Source of the DNA: Nitrospirota bacterium
Lineage (GTDB): Bacteria > Nitrospirota > UBA9217
NCBI GenBank assembly: GCA_963751455.1
Contig: CAVVUN010000011.1
Span: 33,361 to 97,360, forward strand
Reading direction: 5' to 3'
Length of the DNA: 64,000 nucleotides
This document shows, piece by piece, positions 59,248 to 64,000 of this stretch. A program made the translations under genes and the position numbers. Each line of letters begins with the position of its first letter. The first letter of the stretch is position 1. The notes below the pieces were generated by a model, which was given only the letters and a program-made list of their open reading frames with translations, did not search any database and was not told the DNA's origin.

Positions 59248-59442
59248 CTAGTGTAGTGTCTCACAAACGAATGGTGTTATTGCGGCCATAGTCACTTTCC
59301 CAAGACGGTCATTCCGGCAAGCGAAGCGCGTCGGGAATCCTTCTGAATGGGTGGAAAGATTCCGGACAAGCCGGAATGACGAGATAAGGACGATTTGTCG
59401 CTCCATCTTATAACACCATCTATTTAAGAGACTCTACACTAG
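59248..59442. mobile_element. CTAG-flanked MITE containing a GTCATTCCGG REP-like palindrome
   Basis: CTAGTGTAGTGTCTC...GAGACTCTACACTAG; inner GTCATTCCGG...CCGGAATGAC. Confidence 0.7.
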
Positions 59443-59514
59443 TGCTTCGCGTCTCGCGCTAAAGTGCATTCTTGTGTTGACTCTTTATCCTGTTATGGTA
59501 AATTAGCGGTTACC

Positions 59515-60963
59515 GTGAATGATTCAAAAAAAGCTGCCATGCTCCTTCTGTTTATTCTTTTCGTTTCATGGCCCCATGCCGTTCTTTCAGTAGAATCCGA
59601 TTTTAAACCTCTCTCGCTGTATCTTTCCGACGATCCGTATATTCTCGGGACCGGTGGTCTGGACCTTGGAGATAATCTCCTTTTTTCGGATTTATATAGA
59701 CCGTCATCCTTCATTAACCGGCCGGGCCATTTTACCTTGCAATATAAAGACGGGAACGTAGTGCATTTGAGAAGGGGCGACTGGAATGGGTCTTCTGCGG
59801 AAGCGATCACGAAGGAAGGCTCCGGGCTCCTCCCGTTGACACTGCCTTTTCTCGGGAGAAGTGCCTTAGCTTTTTCCTATAAAGATTTCCGGTATATCGC
59901 CGATGCTCAAGCTGAAGACGGTTCCTCGTACAGAGCTCTTCATGATTACACGGCCGGCACGGTCGCCCTTGGCGTGGCCCCTTTTTCATTTCTCCACGCA
60001 GGCGCAGGAAGAGAGACATACCGCGACCATGATGATTGGTTCTACGAAACAGCGCTTATCCCTGCCGAGGGAATGTCTCTGAATTATCGTTGCTTCAGGC
60101 GGGAAATGCATCTTCAGAATGCATTCATAAAGGAAGGCGACCTTGCAGAACTTACCCTTGATCCTTCAGAGAACGTGAGGGAATTCTCTCTCCATGTCGC
60201 CGTTCCCGGAGAATTGACCTCCGTTGCCGTGCTGGAGACCGGCAACCCCGAGAACCGTGAATTCCTCTTGAAGATATTTCCAACCCGCTTTTCATCGCTC
60301 AAGTATTATCTGCGCGAGCGCGAACTCGATTTATTTGACAAGATCATGGTAAACAGTCTGCCCGAGGGCCATATTACCGGTAATGTTGACTATTCAAACA
60401 AGGGCATGGAATTGGAAATATATGATGCAGCCACCCGCTACGTTATCGCTGTCAGGGAAACGTCTTTCAAAATGACCGGTTCAGGCAAGATCAGCGGCAG
60501 CTCGGTACTGAGCTTCTGGGAAGATCTGCTGGCCGGAGACCGGTATTACACACTTAACCTCGATCTGCCCTCGCTTCAATACAACCTCGGCGTGGAGAGT
60601 AAGACCACGGACAAGCTGATTACACGGGGAGGTCTCCAGTATATAATTGTAAAAGGCGACGGTGAATTCCGCAATTGGACTCCCTATCCGCTGTTCAATA
60701 TAGGAAGGCTTGACGAGCAGGTATTTACTCCGGAATACAGAAAGGCAGTTCTCGGTGTGGTTGCCTTCGGTTTCACATACCGGTTGAACGCTGTGGAATT
60801 CACGTACGGCTTCGGGCAGATTATTCCCATAAAACTGTACAAAAAAGAAGATGAAGGGTCAGAGGGCGGGGGAGGCGGCGGCCGGAATGAAAGCACCCGG
60901 GATAAGATAAAACACGACCCGGGAGGGAACATCCACAGCATAAAAGCTGCGTGGTATTTCTAA
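59515..60963 (+). CDS. Putative outer-membrane beta-barrel protein
   Basis: Signal peptide, amphipathic strands and C-terminal AAWYF. Confidence 0.6.
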   Translation: MNDSKKAAMLLLFILFVSWPHAVLSVESDFKPLSLYLSDDPYILGTGGLDLGDNLLFSDLYRPSSFINRPGHFTLQYKDGNVVHLRRGDWNGSSAEAITKEGSGLLPLTLPFLGRSALAFSYKDFRYIADAQAEDGSSYRALHDYTAGTVALGVAPFSFLHAGAGRETYRDHDDWFYETALIPAEGMSLNYRCFRREMHLQNAFIKEGDLAELTLDPSENVREFSLHVAVPGELTSVAVLETGNPENREFLLKIFPTRFSSLKYYLRERELDLFDKIMVNSLPEGHITGNVDYSNKGMELEIYDAATRYVIAVRETSFKMTGSGKISGSSVLSFWEDLLAGDRYYTLNLDLPSLQYNLGVESKTTDKLITRGGLQYIIVKGDGEFRNWTPYPLFNIGRLDEQVFTPEYRKAVLGVVAFGFTYRLNAVEFTYGFGQIIPIKLYKKEDEGSEGGGGGGRNESTRDKIKHDPGGNIHSIKAAWYF

Positions 60964-60964
60964 A

Positions 60965-61002
60965 TAAAAAGCCCCCTGCACCGGAATGCAGGGGGCTTTT
61001 TT
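60965..61002. terminator. Bidirectional rho-independent terminator
   Basis: AAAAAGCCCCCTGCA-CCGGAA-TGCAGGGGGCTTTTTT. Confidence 0.9.
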
Positions 61003-61019
61003 CAGGCAATCAAATCAGG

Positions 61020-64000
61020 TTACGGCGCAACGAAGGAATATAACTTGTTATCATCGACCATCCAGAGCTTGCCGCCCGTGTAAAGGCCGGCAGCCATATC
61101 GTCCCCTGCATACTCCTTGACGACTGATCCCGTTGCAGGATCGATTTTGCTGATTGAAGCATCGCCGATCCCGGAAGCCCACAGATAACCGCCGCCAAAG
61201 CTCATATCCCACGGCATTCCATCCAACGCTGTAAAAGGAGAAGAAGGTATTTCGGTAACGGCAGCCGGGTCGAATTTAACGAAGCCGAGATCATTGACCG
61301 AGCCCATCAGATCAACGCCTACGTACAGATTCGTGCCGTCGCTGGTAATGCCGCCGATACCCTGGCCTCCTGTATCGATTCCGGAGCCTGCCGGCAACTG
61401 ATTCATTGAGAGCCCTGTCGCAAGGTCGATTTGGAAGACGCCTTGCTTCCAATTGCCGGAACCATCATAATAGTTCCCTCTCGCCCACAGGCCGCCGTTG
61501 TGCCACACTAATGCTCTTATCCAGGTTATTCCGTTCGGCGTGTAATTCATGTTGATTGTGTAAGCAGCTGCCATGACCCCGGTAAGAGGATTGATTTTCG
61601 CTATTGTCCCGCTTCCGTCTGTCCAGTTTGCTTTGAAACCATAACCCCAGGTTCCGTCGGATGCAATAACAGTGCTGCCCGGTCCCCATGTTGCCTGGTC
61701 AAGCAGGACCGCGGGTGTCGAAAGATAGATGAGGGCATCAATACCCGGGATGTTATTCGGGAAAATGCCGTTCAAGGTGAAATCAGTCAGATTACTTGTA
61801 ATGTAAATCCCGCTCTGCACGATCTGCTGACCGACAACGCTGTTGACTGGTTCTTTGTATTCCTGGGACAGCGTTCCGTTTATGGGCAGATCATAGCCGA
61901 AGGACGGCAGATTTGTTCTTGTTAACGGGTTGATAAAGAATTTCGTGACATTGAAAGCAATGCTTTCGGTTCTGTTCTGATCGCCGCTGTACCATGTATC
62001 GATGGTTATGGTCTGGCTGCCGTTTGATAATGTTTCCGTTTCCAGCCCGGCGCTGACAATGTCCGTAAACGTGACCTGGCCGCCGAGCACCATTTTGGCG
62101 ATGTCAAAGCCCTGTCTCGTATCAGTGTCGTCATCGGCTGTAAACCAGTACGGGTCACACGTGTTATACGCATTATAGTTACTATGCCACCGGAGCCCGT
62201 TGTCCGTAACGGTTTTGGTGGGATACAGGTACGGGTAGCCGCAGGGCTGCGTGGGCGCGGCCTGGTAACCCCACTGGTTAAATACATATACATAAGCAAG
62301 TTTCGCCTTATCCATGGCGTCAATCAGGTTTAAGAGAGCGGAATTCATCTTCGAGGCGCCGGTCGTTTTAAGCGTAAAGAACCTGGTATGGTCGACAGAG
62401 GAAGTGAGGCCGCCCGAAGGTCCGTTGAGCGCGCTCAGGGGGTCGGCCTCGATGATATTATAGTCTACATCCAGGTTATACGCTGTCATAATGTTCAAGA
62501 CCGAGCTCAGCCCATTCAGGATTGCGTCAAAGGCATAGAATTCTCCGTCGTCCAGAATTGTATTGACGGTTTCTCCGCCCCCGGTCATTGCCGGTGTAAT
62601 CGTGAACGTGTACGACGAACCCTGGACCTTGCGGACCTTTGCTATTGCTCCGGTGATCGTCGGGAGCACCTTATTGTCTATGACCGCCTGAAGTTCCGAC
62701 GGCGTGGGTGCTGCTGATGGTATGGAGCTTGAGACAGCCCTCATGACCTTCTGGAACACGGTTTGCCTGTTTTTCGGCAGCTTGCTGTAGAGTCCGTTCA
62801 GCTCCTCAAGAATGCCTGTGCCTGATCCCGAAGCGGATCCGGCTGACGCCTTGCCGAGCATAGCGGGCTTGGTCGCCGATGCTGTCCCGGACGTTTTGAT
62901 CGTAACGCTGGTTGAACCCGTATTGGCCTGCATCATCCAGATGGAAGCGTCCAGGGAGGTACCGCCCAGAATAACGGTCAGTCCGTCATTTGTCGCTGAA
63001 CCAAGATTCCAGCCGGCCACATGACCCGAGGAACAGAACTGGTAGCCTGCGTTCACGTTGCCGCTCGATGCGGTTACCTGGTCAAGCGTTATTTTGCTGT
63101 ACGGCCCCGCATAGACCATGTAATAGGTGTAGGATCCGCTGAAAGTGAACGGAGATGAAGTTTGCGAAGTGGTCAATTTGGTATAGCCATGACCAGCCGG
63201 GTCGGTGCCGCAGTAGGGAGTATTCCCTCCGTATACCGAGAAGTTGTTGGTCACGGCATCATAGACTAGATTCTCCACTGTCGGCGCATATGCGTTGAAT
63301 TTTTCAATCATAGTTACGACATCAGGATCTTCGATCAGGGTGATTATTTCAGTGAGCGCGGCCCCGAGGTTCGCATCCTTGTTGTCAGGAGCAGAGCCCA
63401 GGGCTTCCTGGAATTTTGCCTTGGCCGTCGGTATATCCTGGTTTTCCAATGCTGTTCTCGCAGCCGTAATGAGCGGCGCAACGTCCACGACTGCCGCGGT
63501 CGTGGTGGCGCAGGCACTGCTGCTTGCGGAGGAAACGTTCCCGGCCGCGTCAAACGCTTTTACGGTATAGCAGTATTGCGTACTGGCCGAAAGACCGGAA
63601 TCCGTATAGGTGGATGCACTCGGCGAGGCAATTTTGGCGGATGCGCGGTAAACATAATATCCGGTTGCGCCACTGGTCGTGGAGGCAGTCCATGCCAGGT
63701 TTATCTGGCTGCTGCTGACCGCAGTTGCAGTAAGGCCCGTCGGCGTATCAGGCGCGGTGGTGTCGCTGGACGGCGTAGTGACGCTTGCCTGGTTACTCGC
63801 TGGAGATTCGTTTTTCGCAGCATCTACTGCCGTAACGGTGTACGCATAAACGGTTCCCGCTGTAAGGCCGATGTCACTGAACTTTGTCTGGTTAACCATC
63901 GCAATTACCGTCCCGTTTCGGAAAACGCGATACGCTGTCACATCGGTATCGGCGGGAGCCGTCCATATAAGATCTACGCGGCCGCTCAGGGCTGTTGCTG
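61020..64000 (-). CDS. Large exported protein with fibronectin type III repeats (5' end outside window)
   Basis: FN3 motifs (YTVTAVDAAKNES, YTVKAFDAAGNVS); the frame stays open to the window edge; C-terminal propeller-like region. Confidence 0.85.
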   Translation of the reverse strand, partial: ATALSGRVDLIWTAPADTDVTAYRVFRNGTVIAMVNQTKFSDIGLTAGTVYAYTVTAVDAAKNESPASNQASVTTPSSDTTAPDTPTGLTATAVSSSQINLAWTASTTSGATGYYVYRASAKIASPSASTYTDSGLSASTQYCYTVKAFDAAGNVSSASSSACATTTAAVVDVAPLITAARTALENQDIPTAKAKFQEALGSAPDNKDANLGAALTEIITLIEDPDVVTMIEKFNAYAPTVENLVYDAVTNNFSVYGGNTPYCGTDPAGHGYTKLTTSQTSSPFTFSGSYTYYMVYAGPYSKITLDQVTASSGNVNAGYQFCSSGHVAGWNLGSATNDGLTVILGGTSLDASIWMMQANTGSTSVTIKTSGTASATKPAMLGKASAGSASGSGTGILEELNGLYSKLPKNRQTVFQKVMRAVSSSIPSAAPTPSELQAVIDNKVLPTITGAIAKVRKVQGSSYTFTITPAMTGGGETVNTILDDGEFYAFDAILNGLSSVLNIMTAYNLDVDYNIIEADPLSALNGPSGGLTSSVDHTRFFTLKTTGASKMNSALLNLIDAMDKAKLAYVYVFNQWGYQAAPTQPCGYPYLYPTKTVTDNGLRWHSNYNAYNTCDPYWFTADDDTDTRQGFDIAKMVLGGQVTFTDIVSAGLETETLSNGSQTITIDTWYSGDQNRTESIAFNVTKFFINPLTRTNLPSFGYDLPINGTLSQEYKEPVNSVVGQQIVQSGIYITSNLTDFTLNGIFPNNIPGIDALIYLSTPAVLLDQATWGPGSTVIASDGTWGYGFKANWTDGSGTIAKINPLTGVMAAAYTINMNYTPNGITWIRALVWHNGGLWARGNYYDGSGNWKQGVFQIDLATGLSMNQLPAGSGIDTGGQGIGGITSDGTNLYVGVDLMGSVNDLGFVKFDPAAVTEIPSSPFTALDGMPWDMSFGGGYLWASGIGDASISKIDPATGSVVKEYAGDDMAAGLYTGGKLWMVDDNKLYSFVAP

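Noticed and set aside
1-64000. Prophage, rRNA or tRNA genes
   Set aside because: No phage structural or replication genes and no recognisable structural RNA sequences were seen by eye; tRNAscan/Infernal were not run.

Overview
Accessory, heavily rearranged bacterial chromosomal segment (diderm; gene content and repeat style suggest a Nitrospirota/Deltaproteobacteria-like organism, which is inference only). From left to right: a Sec-exported RHS/YD protein with an HExxH C-terminal domain followed by nested IS debris; a block of housekeeping and metabolic genes (SUI1/YciH, SPL-like radical SAM, GT1, rsgA, rnhA, nitroreductases, hydrolase, DUF4185, VOC); a large repeat lipoprotein; and a ~18 kb defence island (24.9-42.0 kb). 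The island holds a truncated mrr, an MNT-HEPN pair, a run of DUF genes, DUF488, AbiEi plus an AbiEii-WYL-Zn fusion, a Menshen-like DUF3696 ATPase with an Ntox17-like RNase effector that lacks the DUF262 gene, and a complete JAB-Ubl-E2-E1 (type II Bil-like) ubiquitin-like conjugation operon. Further right are a PAS kinase, a heptaheme cytochrome, several IS elements, and an ECF sigma/anti-sigma/VIT-vWA cluster split by an IS and a second mrr pseudogene carrying VapBC. Non-coding highlights are a 108-bp non-autonomous IS200-type element present in two identical copies (one inside the HUH motif of a tnpA remnant, one rewriting a gene C-terminus), several nested MITE/REP palindromes and many orphan gene 3' ends. 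No rRNA, tRNA or CRISPR array was seen. All family calls come from motif recognition by eye, not database searches.
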